From Eledone cirrhosa (lineage: Eukaryota), in contig OZ024740.1 of assembly GCA_964016885.1 (NCBI GenBank), forward strand, positions 370,016,001-370,080,000: a stretch of DNA of 64,000 bases. Direction: 5' to 3'. Shown one piece after another: positions 41,432 through 54,643 of this stretch. A program made the translations under genes and the position numbers. The notes beneath the pieces are model-generated. The model searched no databases, was not told the DNA's origin, and was given only the letters and a program-made list of their open reading frames with translations. Positions within the stretch are counted from its first letter, which is position 1; each line of letters starts with the position of its first letter.

Positions 41432-41463
41432 CGAAGGAAGTGTGGTAAAGTACCAGGTAGACC

Positions 41464-42637
<1,174 letters not shown>

Positions 42638-42922
42638 AAATAACGAAACGAAATTAAATTTCGTTTCGCTTCTAACTCACTTTTGTATGACTGACGCTTA
42701 AACAATTAAGTTAAAGTGTACATCTACATATGTATACGGAAGTACTAGTATGCATATAAATACACACATGTATACATATGTACATGTACCGAGTTTTCAC
42801 TAGACACTTTACAGTGAGTGTCCAGCTAGTCTGTATGTAAACAAACAGACGAACCGGGTTTTAAAGTCATACGAGTTTTCAAGGAAACACACTTCCTCTA
42901 TTCTCCAGAGAGCCAGACAGGA

Positions 42923-42965
42923 ATATTGGACTAGTTTCGATGTTATTACATCTCATCAGCAATAT
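42923..42965 (-). ncRNA. Canonical minimal type I hammerhead ribozyme
   Basis: AUAUUG-CUGAUGA-GAUGU-AAUA-ACAUC-GAAA-CUAG-UC-CAAUAU. Stem I extends over 42901-42993. Confidence 0.92.
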
Positions 42966-43392
42966 ATACCTATCTTCCGGCTTCTCTGGAGAATTGTAAA
43001 AGCATATATCGTTATATGCTTTTTCTATGAAAATCAGTAGTGGGCAGACTAATTTGCATAGAACGTGAGTCATTGTACGCGCCGGTTCAGCGGAAACGAT
43101 AAAAACAAATAACGAAACGAAATTAAATTTCGTTTCGCTTCTAACTCACTTTTGTATGACTGACGCTTAAACAATTAAGTTAAAGTGTACATCTACATAT
43201 GTATGCGGAAGTACTAGTATGCATATAAATACACACATGTATACATATGTACATGTACCGAGTTTTTCACTAGACACTTTACAGTGAGTGTCCAGCTAGT
43301 CTGTATGTAAACAAACAGACGAACCGGGTTTTAAAGTCATACGAGTTTTCAAAGAAACACACTTCCTCTATTCTCCAGAGAGCCAGACAGGA

Positions 43393-43435
43393 ATATTGGA
43401 CTAGTTTCGATGTTATTACATCTCATCAGCAATAT
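43393..43435 (-). ncRNA. Canonical minimal type I hammerhead ribozyme (second unit)
   Basis: Identical core to 42923-42965, 470 nt away. Confidence 0.92.
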
Positions 43436-43649
43436 ATACCTATCTTTCTGCTTCTCTGGAGAATTGTAAAAGCACATATTAATTTCTTGTTAAAGTGTTT
43501 GTTGCATTCTTGGATGATGTACTTTTCTCTTCGTGTATAATGTTTAGGTATTCTAATTTTTCTCTTGGTGTGGTGATCTCAGTTATTTCTTGTATTAGGT
43601 TACGCTTATGTTTTTCTTGATGACTTAATTCTCTGTAAATCTTCTTTTT

Positions 43650-45773
43650 GAAATGTCCCCGGATATATGTGATAGCACGGAGGACCTCCTCACCAGAATC
43701 TGCGAAAATAACCGATCTAGAGACATAACAGACTGTATAATAGGTAGTATGGATGTTGTGTCCCTATACCCATCCATTGACGTGGATTTTGCTGAGAAGA
43801 AATGCGTAGAAATGATCAGTGAGAGCAATGTTGAATTCCGTGTGATTGATACCAGTGAGCTGGGACTCCTACTTAAACTTACTTATAGTAATGATTAGCT
43901 AGATACGTATGACCTTAGCAACCTCTGCCCCACAAGTCCAGCAAGAGGCAGATCACCTACCATTACCTCAATGGTCAAGAAAACCCATACAGAAAGATGG
44001 AACGGGTGGACCAGAGCCAGACAGACGCAAGAAAACCATGATAAACTGAAGAAAATGATTGCACATGCGGTGGGGACCTGTATAAAACTAACCCCTAAGG
44101 AACATATGTTCAAATTTAATTGAATAACATATGCCCAAGAGGAGGGAGCAGCCATTGGTGTTAGGATTGCAGGTGACATAGCTAACCTATTCATGGTATA
44201 GTGGGACAATAAACTTAAAGAACAATTAGAAGACAGCAACCTCTTAACCGTGATAATGTACTCTCGCTACGTTGATGATATAAACATCGTAGTAAAAACA
44301 CCCCCACTAGAGAACAGTCAGAAATTAGAGAAAGACACCATGGAAAGCATCCAGCAAATAGCGAACTCCATCCACCAGAGTATTAGAGTTACTATATAAT
44401 ACCTAAGCAAAGACCCCAACCATCGTTTACCTGTACTAGACACAGAGCTCTGGTTAGAAACCATTAATAACAAAAAAACAAATCCTCCATTCCAATTATG
44501 CCCAACCCATGACTTCTAAATATATGATCCACCGAAACTCAGCGGTTTCGGATCACACCAAAATCAACATACTGATTGCGGATTTAGTACGGGGATGAGA
44601 AACGTGTCCTGCGTGTGCAACCCCAAAGAACTAGAGAGACCCATACAACACTTCATCCACCGTATGCAGTTCTTTGGTTGCAATCAGAGAGATAAAATCA
44701 GAGTATATAGAGGAGCCAGAAACAAATGAGAAAAAATGGAAAATAATGATACAAATGGGACCTGCCCCTTCTATAGGGGCAAATTTTGAAATAGAATAGA
44801 AAGAACTAGGAATAAGGTTAATAGAATAAACTCATGGTATGACAATAATAAATACCAGAGTGTTATGTTCATCAATACAACCCCTAGAGGTGAATTAGCT
44901 TACACATTTAGAAGGGCCCTAGATAAACTTAAACTAAAAGTTAAGATAGTACCTCCATAAAAACACTTTTTAGTAATACATACCGTTTTCAAAGACATCT
45001 CTGTATAGATAAGAAATGCATAATCTGTAAGCTAAGCCCCCATATTAACTGTAAAACTAGAAACATAGTATATATCATAAAATGTCCTGAAGGACAATGT
45101 AAAGATAATACTATAGTGTACATAGGTGAGACAGCTCGTAGTATAGGAGCACGATTAAATGAACACTGGCGAGAGCTTCAAGATAGAAAAGATTCATCAG
45201 TACTCCACCAATATGCTAAAATAGAACATAAGGGCAAATTAGAAAACATAGAAATAACAATAAAATCTACACACAGAAAAGACGCAATGTTTAGACAAAT
45301 CACAGAGGCAATAAACATACATGAACTCCAACCAAAATTAAATAGAAAACATGAATGGAATAGCAACATCACAACGTACAATTAAGTACAAAATGAAAAC
45401 ACACGCACAAAGAACAAACAACCAACCAGTAACATGTAAATAAACAAATAAATAAACAAATAAAAACACACACAGACACCCAGATGTAACACATGCGCAA
45501 ACTAAGCACACAATACACATAAAAAGAAGATGGCGTAGGACAGAACAAAGGAGAGACACAAAACAAAGAGAAGAATCCCCAGTCACTGAAGAGGTCACAG
45601 AATCTGTGACGAAAGAACTTTTACAATATATGAACAACCGTCCGGTTATGGAACCAACCAACCAACCGGAAATTTATAAATTCTTAAATTTATAAATTTA
45701 ATTTATAACAAATTGGAGTGAAACACCTGGTGCGTGTTTCTTATTGGCAACATGACTCTCCCAAAGTATAACA
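43650..45773 (+). mobile_element. Decayed PLE of a third clade (tentatively Nematis-like), RT + GIY-YIG pseudogene 43653-45385
   Basis: GSMDVVSLYPSID, YAQEEGAAIGVRIAGDIANLFM, YSRYVDDIN, LPVLDTELW, NIVYIIKC, YIGETARS...RLNEH...RQITEA..LNRKHEW. HHR-like CTGAAGA-G-GTCACAG-AAT-CTGTGAC-GAAA at 45586-45614. Confidence 0.88.
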
Positions 45774-45796
45774 ATATATATATATGTATATATATA

Positions 45797-48700
45797 CTAA
45801 TAATAATAAATTTGAAGACTAAAATCCAAAGAGGGCTCGATTCCGCGAAAAGCAGACAACAAACAGGATAAATTTGGATTTAAAACCTATAATAACCCCC
45901 CGTGCAACCCACCATTGCTACTCTTCGAAAATGATGTCTTGGAACTCATTCGGAGTATCAAATTTCGGAATAGGAGCAATTCCTTCCAGCAAGACCTGAA
46001 GAATAGAATTCGTTCTATTAAGGATTCTAATGCCGTGCACGTCCATTCCGACAAAACTGGCAACCTATATCAAGTGGAGCGCAGTACTTACCATCAACTA
46101 CTACATAATGCTGTAACTAAGGATTACCGTAAACCTAATAGGAGCGTCAGTAATGAAATCAACGATGCTGGGTTTAAAATCACCTCTGATCTCAACATCC
46201 TGGACCGGACCGAACCTCTGGACCCTATTTCTCCCCACTTTACCCTGAAGGATCACAAATCCAATTTTCCGAACAACCCCTCTATTCGGCTTATTAACCC
46301 TACGAAGTCCGATTTAGGTGACTTAGTAAAACGATTCTTGATAGAATTATACCTGAAATTAGAAGTCTGGCCCCTCTGGCACTGTGGAACAATTCTTTTG
46401 CGGTGATTGATTAGTTCAACGGCATATGTAACCAGGAACATTGCCGTTTTATCCAATTCGACATTTAACAATTACTACTCCTCCATCACTTTACCACTTC
46501 TCCTTGGAGCTATCAATTTCGCTAAAACACTCACAGTGGTTAAGGATTTCGAAGTTGATGTCATCCTCAATGGCTGAAAGTCGGTGATTAATTTTGACGA
46601 CTCTATTTGGATTAAAAAATCCAATAGTACCCCCATTCGACGTGAGTATAGGCGCCAGTGATTCTGCGGAGGTTACTGATCTTATCGGCCTTTTCCTTCT
46701 TTTCTCTATCCGGACGAATTCCCCAACGCGGGCGGTGGTTTGTACCGTGACGATGGTCATTTGACCATGACTAAGTGCGGACCTCGTGCTTGCGACAGGT
46801 TCAGAAAGGAACTCACAGCCTTCATTAAAGGCTTCAACCTCTCTATACAGGTTGAGGCCAATCTCTCGGTCGTTAATTACCTCGACGTTACCCTCAAATT
46901 AATGAATGGGTTGTATTACCCGTATAGAAAGCCGAATGATACGCTTAATTACATAAGTAAGCATTCCAACCATCCTGCCAGCATAACCAAGAACCTGATA
47001 AGAAACGTTTCGTTGAGGCTTTCTCGTCTTTCCACCAACGAGCGTATTTTCAACGACCATTCCACTTATTACAATGAAGCTCTTGCTCGAAGTGGATTTG
47101 TAGATAAGGTAGCATATACAGAGTACGAAAATAGACCTAGAAGAAATAGATCCCGTCGCATTTGTTGGTATAACCCACCATATAATATGGAGGTGGCCAC
47201 ACCATTAGCTAACATCTTTCTTTCCCTTATTACGAAGCATTTTCCCCCTACACATAAGTATAGTAAAATTTTTAATAGAAATACTATTAAAATGTCTTAC
47301 TCTACGACTCCTAACTTTGCACATAACATCACAGCTTCTAATTTAGCTAAACTACCTAGCCGTAGGAACACGTGCAACCCTGTAGTTAGTACTAACTGTA
47401 ATTGTAGGAATCGGGTTGATTGCCCCCTATCCGGGAAATGCCTCTCTAGTAACATTGTCTACAAATATAAGGTTGTAACACCCACGTCCCGTAGGGCCTA
47501 CATAGGGGAAACCGCCAATAGATTCAAGCAGCGTCTTTACATGCATACCCATTATTTTCGTTACCCTCTAAGAAGGAATATGACGTCACTTTCAGCTTAT
47601 ATCTGGAGTCTAAAAGACAACCACACCCAATAAAAGTTACACTGGGAGATCCTAGCTAGGGCTAGATCGTATAACGGAAATAAAAGACCATGTGACCTCT
47701 GCGCCGCTGAGGCCCTGGAAATACTCTACGCCACAGACCACATCTTAAACAAAAAATCTGAGGCAATTTCGGCTTGTAAACATAAATTGCACAAATCTTT
47801 TCTGTATTACAGCCCCACGTTATACCCTAACGGATAGTACGATTTATACGTGGATATTTTACGTCTTGATGTGGGAGCTAAGTATGGTTTGTTTATACCA
47901 TTACTTATTTGCATAGGTAAGTATATTTTACCCGGATGTTTTGTGAAGGTACGTATACCTTCTCGTACGTATATTTGATTGTTTATGTTATGGCGTATAA
48001 TTTTATATATTCTGGTACATATGGATTGGCTATGTGTATACGGGTGTTTTGCGTCTGTGCGAGTATGCAGGTTCGTTGGGTGTGTGTATATGTGTACTTC
48101 ATGTTTTGGTTGACTTACGTCTCCGAACATTCGTGTATTTACATGTAGGTATGTGTGTGCGCTTGTTATATACGTATTTATTTATTTATATACGTTTATA
48201 TAATTATTTATTTATTTGTATACACGCATACACACACATATTTATATGTGCGTGGTTTTGTATACCGATGGTAAGTGTTCTGCGTATGCTTGTGTATGTA
48301 CGTATTTGTTTGCGTGTATGTATTTATTTATTTCTATTACTTCTGTATTGTATTTATTTACTTTGTTCTTAACTCTGTAGCGGAGATTCATTCGGTCTCC
48401 TGGTTAGAATTTTAGTCTACAACTTCTGCTATACCATTTACGTGGTTTTGTCATTGCGTGAAATTGTTATCCACGGTTCACATATGACGTATTATCTTCG
48501 TTTTTTTCGTTCATTGCCAGAGAACGTCTCTATGAACCAGCTAAGAGAACATTAGTCTACGACCTCTTTTATACCATAAACGTGGTTCTGACTTTGCGCG
48601 TAATTGTTTTTCACCGCTCCTTTTAATGACGTATTATATTCGTTTTTTTCCCGTTCTTTGCCAGCGAACGTTCCCACGAACCAAAGTATCGTCTTCCTGT

Positions 48701-48828
48701 CTTCCTCCGGTTGCAACGTTTTTTGAAATATCCACTCCTACGTTTACAGATTGACTTTGTTAGTTTCAGAAGATCACGTTAAGGGTGAAAGCAGTGATTG
48801 TTTGCTTAAACTTTAATCTGTTACTTTA

Positions 48829-48833
<5 letters not shown>
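45797..48833 (+). mobile_element. Naiad-type PLE family 1, 5'-truncated frameshifted copy with inverted tail cap (45797-45840)
   Basis: LKDHKSNFPNNPSIRLINPTKSDLG, YRDDG, VNYLDVTL, WYNPPY, CNC..CPLSGKCL, YIGET, CDLC..E. Stop at 47836, then 3' pLTR. Confidence 0.92.
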
Positions 48834-48911
<78 letters not shown>

Positions 48912-49672
48912 TAATTTGGATTTACTGTTATATGTCTGCGTCTACCAAGTATGTATATTCTTTTGTAATGACGAATTCCAGTATTTGTATGATTTTTTTG
49001 TATGTCCCCATATGTAAGATTCTAAATGTGTATATATTTAATAAATTAAGTGTCGCTTTGTATGAAGCAGTATATATGTCATGTTGTGCTATGAATTCTC
49101 TTTCATGTATTCTTTTTTTTTTTTCATATCAATATATCGATATTCTATAGGAAATTGATAGTCACTATGTAGTTTACATTTCCGTGGTTATAAAATATAG
49201 GCATTTCATCACATCAAAGTTTTGAAACACCGGAGAGAAAGAATAACTTAGAAGTTCGCATTTCAAACAAAATATTTCAACAATTGTTGATAATTAAATG
49301 GCTTACACATTCATCATAGAATATAAAGTGATTCAATAAATTGACACATAATATTGATCAGCATTGCTCACATTCGTAATGAAATATGAATTGGCTGGTG
49401 ATTAGGATATAAATAGGTATATATACATATATGTACATAATGACGTCATACTGCAGAATACTATGCACAGGTTATATATGAAATATCAATATCCATTTCC
49501 ATTTTCAATATGTATAAACATGCGCTAATGTGTAATATATATATATACATATATATATGTGTGTGTGTGTGTGAGTGTGTGTGTGCACGTGTGTTTGTGT
49601 GCGAGAGTGTGTATGTATGTGAATGTCTGTTAAAATGTCACTAATATTTTCTCTCACTATTTACATTCATAA

Positions 49673-49860
49673 GGCGGTGGATTGGCAGTATCGGTAGAGG
49701 GTCGGACGCCATGCTTTGAAGCATTGAATTACGTCCCTTTATGAACTGAGTTCAAATGCCGCCGAGGTTAACTTTGCCTTTCATCCTTACGGGGTCGATA
49801 AAATAAAGCACCAGTAATACACTGGGATAATTGCTGGCCTTATGCCAAAAGTAGAAACAA
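49673..49860 (+). mobile_element. tRNA/Nin-domain SINE (followed by a partial copy at about 49885-49950)
   Basis: Match to 7649-7840. TTTACATTCA is repeated at 49660 and 49864. Confidence 0.88.
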
Positions 49861-51849
49861 CTCTTTACATTCAAACTTTATATCCAACCGAGGTCAACTT
49901 TGCCATTCATCCTATCGGGTTCGATGAAAGTACCAGTCATAAACTGGTGTTAATTTAATCAGCATTGATTATCCCCTAAAGTTCCACCTGGAAATCTATG
50001 TGAAATATATATTAATTGTTTGTTTGTGCTGGGACGACAGTGTCCCAGATTCGTGTTACAGCTCTGGGAGTGACAGGCTTAAGGGGATGTCTCCTACAAA
50101 AAGGAGAGATGGTTAAATTAATTGCAAATGAGTGGATTTCGCAAAAAACACAAAGAGGCCAAGGAGCCAGATATCGAATTTTTATTCTTGGCAAAGCCGG
50201 ATGTATCTTAGACCACAAAGAGCTGGAAGAAATAGCAAATAGTATAAGATCCATCAAGTTCTAAATATATATATAACTCTGGATTGTGCGTGTGTGTGAA
50301 GAAATACATGTCGATCATTATTTCCACATTTGCACAGACACACTGTATCAATCTTTCTGGACGTGTGTGTGTGTGTGAAAAGAGAGGGAGAGAGTGTATG
50401 TTTGTTGAAAGAGAGGGAGAGAAATAGTATGTGGGTGTGTCTATGTGTGTGCATGTGTGAGTGGTTGAGTGGGAGAGATAAATGATTTTCTTCACCGGAG
50501 AAATTTTCATTCACACTACTGAATCTCTGCCTGTTTGTTATGAAACTAATATCTGATCTGCAGGCGGATTTTTCTATGGTTCGGTCGGGAATCATTTAGC
50601 TCGATCCTAAGAAAGAGATTAATACGTTTTTTAGTTTTCTTGTCGTTGATAGTGCTGTTCTGTTTCTCATACCTCTTAATTATATTTATTTAATTCCGTT
50701 AAACTTTATTTCATGCCAAACATACACACCATAAAAGGACTTGACATACATTTTACTAACGATATAAATATATTAGTTTAGCTATGTGCATTTACGATAT
50801 GTAGATATCTACATATTTTGACGGATGCTGAAAACGTCCAGTGTATACATACAATATAGAACACTTAATTTCAACTTAATTTTAAATAGAATCGTAAGCT
50901 CAATAATGTATATCATTCATCTCCACCTGATGCCACGAACAAATGGAAAATGAAACAACTATGCTAATGAAATAAACGCTATCTAAATTAAATACTCTTG
51001 TTTATTCAGATTATCATACCAATGATTCTGTATTTTTTACAGTTTGTTTACTTGTTTGTCTTACTTTTTGCTTTTAGCTGATTTTTGTTGTTGTTTTTTG
51101 AGATGGTGGATTTTCTTGGATTGGGAATCTTTGTTCTGTAAATATATTTTAATTGGAAGAAAAGCATTAAAAGATTCAAAGCTATAAAATGTGACATTCG
51201 GATTTTCACGCATTTCATGAAAATATTACGAACGTCCTACGATCTCACTTGTTCGAAATCTTAAATATCCTTCAGTCGAGAATCAATAGCCACGTTTAAC
51301 TATTACTCAAACTTTCGTATATTTAATCAAACATTCAAAGCTTTTGCGCCGAAACGCATTACAGTTCTCGATTCCTTTGTCCCACATGATATCGATTTTG
51401 CAAGAAAATGTGAACCACCAATCAAATATTATCGATTGGTGTTTCAGTGAATAAAATCAGAACATTCAAATAGCCACATTTTAATAAATAGGGAAGACTT
51501 TTGGGTGTTGTTATAACTAACATATATCATCACCACATGCGTGAAAAGTACCTTTAGCAGGTTCATCCTTTGATTTAAACATAGTAATTAGATTCGAAAG
51601 AAGCGAATTCAGGATAGTTCTATCATTTCTACACATTGATATTCCACTATCAGTATTGAAAATAAATGAAATATCTTTGTTCTTCTATTTGTATTATCAC
51701 TTTAATACCACGTTCTCTAAGTAGTAAGTAACGTCAGATGGGGACATTCGTTTAATTGCTTCAAATTAAGTGGATCTCAAAATAGAATTGAAAGTATGCT
51801 TATATATCACTCAAAGGTTGAGTGATATATACGGTATATCTATCCATGA

Positions 51850-51903
<54 letters not shown>

Positions 51904-52906
51904 ATGTATATATATATGTGTGTGTGTGTGAATGAGTGTGTGTGTGTGTATGTGTGTCTATGTGTGTGTCTGTGTGTCTTTGAGTGCCATTCCATGAGTG
52001 CTTTATAATAATTCCTTCTGCATAATGGTAAATAAAGTACATATGATTTGCTTAATACGTACGATAATAGAACACAATATTGAGAGAACTTATAGCTAGT
52101 CAAGACCTCGATACAGATTTGATTTCAAGTCAAACCAATTCCATTAAGATGTCATTGGAAAGGAAATCATGGACACGCCACTTAAAATATGCATGTTACT
52201 CTAATATAGTGGCTTTGTGTTCCCGACGAAGCAAGTAACCAATGGAAAAGCTATTGTTTCGGTAAAGCAGTATGGAATTGTACATAAGTGTTAACATTAT
52301 TTTGTCGTAATCAAAACATTCTATACTTACATTTGAATTTCATCAATAATAGATACAAAGTGTTTTGAAGTATTGTGTATAGGAGATGCAAAGGAAATTA
52401 TGTGATAAATCGCCTTTCTCAAGGGAAATACTGATACATTTACTAGCAGTGTCTATATGAAATTTGGTCTTCAAAAAAACAATGTCAATTATTAAAATTC
52501 TGATTACACAATATATTTATCAACAATATGCTCCCTAATATATATTATCCCAAAATTCAGAATATGATTGTATCTAATGTTAATATAATTGAGTAAGATA
52601 TAAATGATGTAAGATCAATTTCTCAACACATACAAATGTTTTTCGTGCACTTTGGAATAATTTCAATATATAGCCATACGCTTTAATCAGTGAGATTTCA
52701 GGAAACACTCCACACGGTTGATCTATCGGTAGATTAACAACACAAATGAAATTCGCAGATAAACGAGGATTAATGGTAATCAATTAAATATCAATACACT
52801 ATTCATCCGAGTTTATTTAGATTGATTTGAGGCTATACAGAAAGGATGTATATAATTCTCACACATTCTCTCTCTCTCTCTCTCTAAATATATATATATA
52901 TATATA

Positions 52907-53500
52907 TCATAAATCATGTCTATAGAATTATTAGATAAATAGAATATATATCATTTCCTCTGCCAATCAGCATAATTAACGATATAAAAAATCAATTATA
53001 CCAAGCTATAAAGATAAAGGCTCCTATGAAGAAATCTCCGACAAACAAACAAAAGTGGCCTCTTCGCGGTGGCCTCAATAGAGTATTTATCCAACATTTC
53101 GACAGCATGTAGAAACTGACCAAATATACAATCAACCATACACAATTTGGTGTAAATTCAAACTTAGAAGAAATGTGTACATACCGTAACTATATCTCTA
53201 ACATGGTTTCATCCGTATTTTTAGATATCCAATTAATAGGAAATCCACAGAGTTCGGATTCATCAGGAGACAAACTCAAAAATAGACACTTAGTATTCCA
53301 AAGCGATCGCGCCAAAATTAGATTCGAAAATGGCTTAATTAGCTGATTGGCAGAGGAAATGATATATATTTTATTTATCTAATAATTCTATAGACATGAT
53401 TTATGACATATTGCTCTGATTATTTAATTTATTAATTCTTCATAGAGCCACAAAGTGACCGGTTGTAACATATATAACTTTATGTATATGTGCACCTTTA
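52907..53500 (-). mobile_element. Family Z copy 3 with inverted end + tail; HHR at 53193-53272
   Basis: UGUCUC-CUGAUGA-AUCCG...CGGAU-GAAA-CCAUGU-UA-GAGAUA. Inverted repeat 52907-52971 / 53342-53406. Confidence 0.78.
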
Positions 53501-53512
53501 TATATATATATA

Positions 53513-53909
53513 TATATTGGTAAACGGAATAGAAAATGCTGACAAATTGTTCACAGTGAAAAATAGTTTAATTAGGAATAAGTGAGAATTAGTAATAGTA
53601 CTGGTTAGTATTCAGTTTGGGTTTTTACCGGTTGCGCATTTCTAATTCTTTTCAGAAATAATTTTGAGAAAGAACGTCCGTGATGTCTGCTCTGATCAGA
53701 GCAAACATCACGGACGCTCTATCTCAAAATTATTTTTGAAAAGAATTAGAAATGCGCAACCGGTAAAAACCCAAACTGAATACTAACCAATACTATTACT
53801 AATTCTCACTTATTCCTAATTAAACTATTTTTCACTGTGAACAATTTGTCAGCATTTTCTATTCCGTTTACCAATATATCATAACTTGTGTGTTATACCT
53901 CTATTCTTT

Positions 53910-53912
<3 letters not shown>
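53513..53912. repeat. ~366-bp spacerless palindrome (centre 53695/53696) plus 34-nt tail; PLE pLTR-type fold-back
   Basis: Arms nearly identical. Contains (C/T)TGAAAA...GCAA-CCGG-TA, resembling the Neptune HHR variant. Confidence 0.8.
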
Positions 53913-53975
<63 letters not shown>

Positions 53976-54643
53976 TAATAATAAATTTGAAGACTAAAAT
54001 CCAAAGAGGGCTCGATAAGGATAAATATATATCAAATATATTCGAACCGTAGAGCCTGAAGCCGAGTATCATTCGGTTTCCTAGTTAGAATTGTCGTCTA
54101 CGACTTCAGTTATACCATTTACGTGGTTTTGTCTTTGCGTGCAATTGTTCTACCCGCTCCACATATGACGTATTTTCTTCGTTTTTTCGTTCATTGCCAG
54201 AGAACGTCTCTCTGAACCACCTAATAGAATATTAGTCTACGACTTCTTTTATACCATATACGTGGTTTTGTCTTTGCGTGTAATTGTTTTTCACTGCTCC
54301 AAATAATGACGTATATATTCGTTTTTTCCCGTTCTTTGCCAGGGAACGTTTCCACGAACCAACGTACCGTCTTCCTGTCTTCCTCCGGTTGCAACGTTTT
54401 TTTAAATATTCACTTCTGCGTTCACAGATTTACTTTGTTAGTTTCAGAAGATCCCGTTAAGAGTGAAAGCAGCAATTCTTTGCTTAAACTTTAATCTGTT
54501 ATTTTCATAAATATTTGCTCTACGGTTCTTATATATTTGATATATATTTATCCTTATCCAGCCCTCTTTGGATTTTAGTCTTCAAATTTATTATTATTAC
54601 AATTGGCTCCTTCGGTTGAGCACTCTATTGACTCATATTCATC

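Larger units (their letters stand above)
42634..43478 (-). mobile_element. Tandem 1.8-mer of a 470-nt hammerhead monomer (candidate non-LTR retrozyme)
   Basis: Near-identical direct repeats 42634-43008 / 43103-43478, period 469-470. No ORF. One HHR per unit. Confidence 0.85.

Noticed and set aside
46570-46580. In-frame TGA in a Naiad ORF as possible selenocysteine (some Naiads encode selenoproteins)
   Set aside because: The sister copy has an Arg codon (CGT) here, so this is likely decay. Cys positions in the endonuclease region are ordinary Cys codons and no convincing SECIS was seen.
50012-50595. 82-aa plus ORF and 113-aa minus ORF
   Set aside because: No recognisable motif; partly microsatellite.
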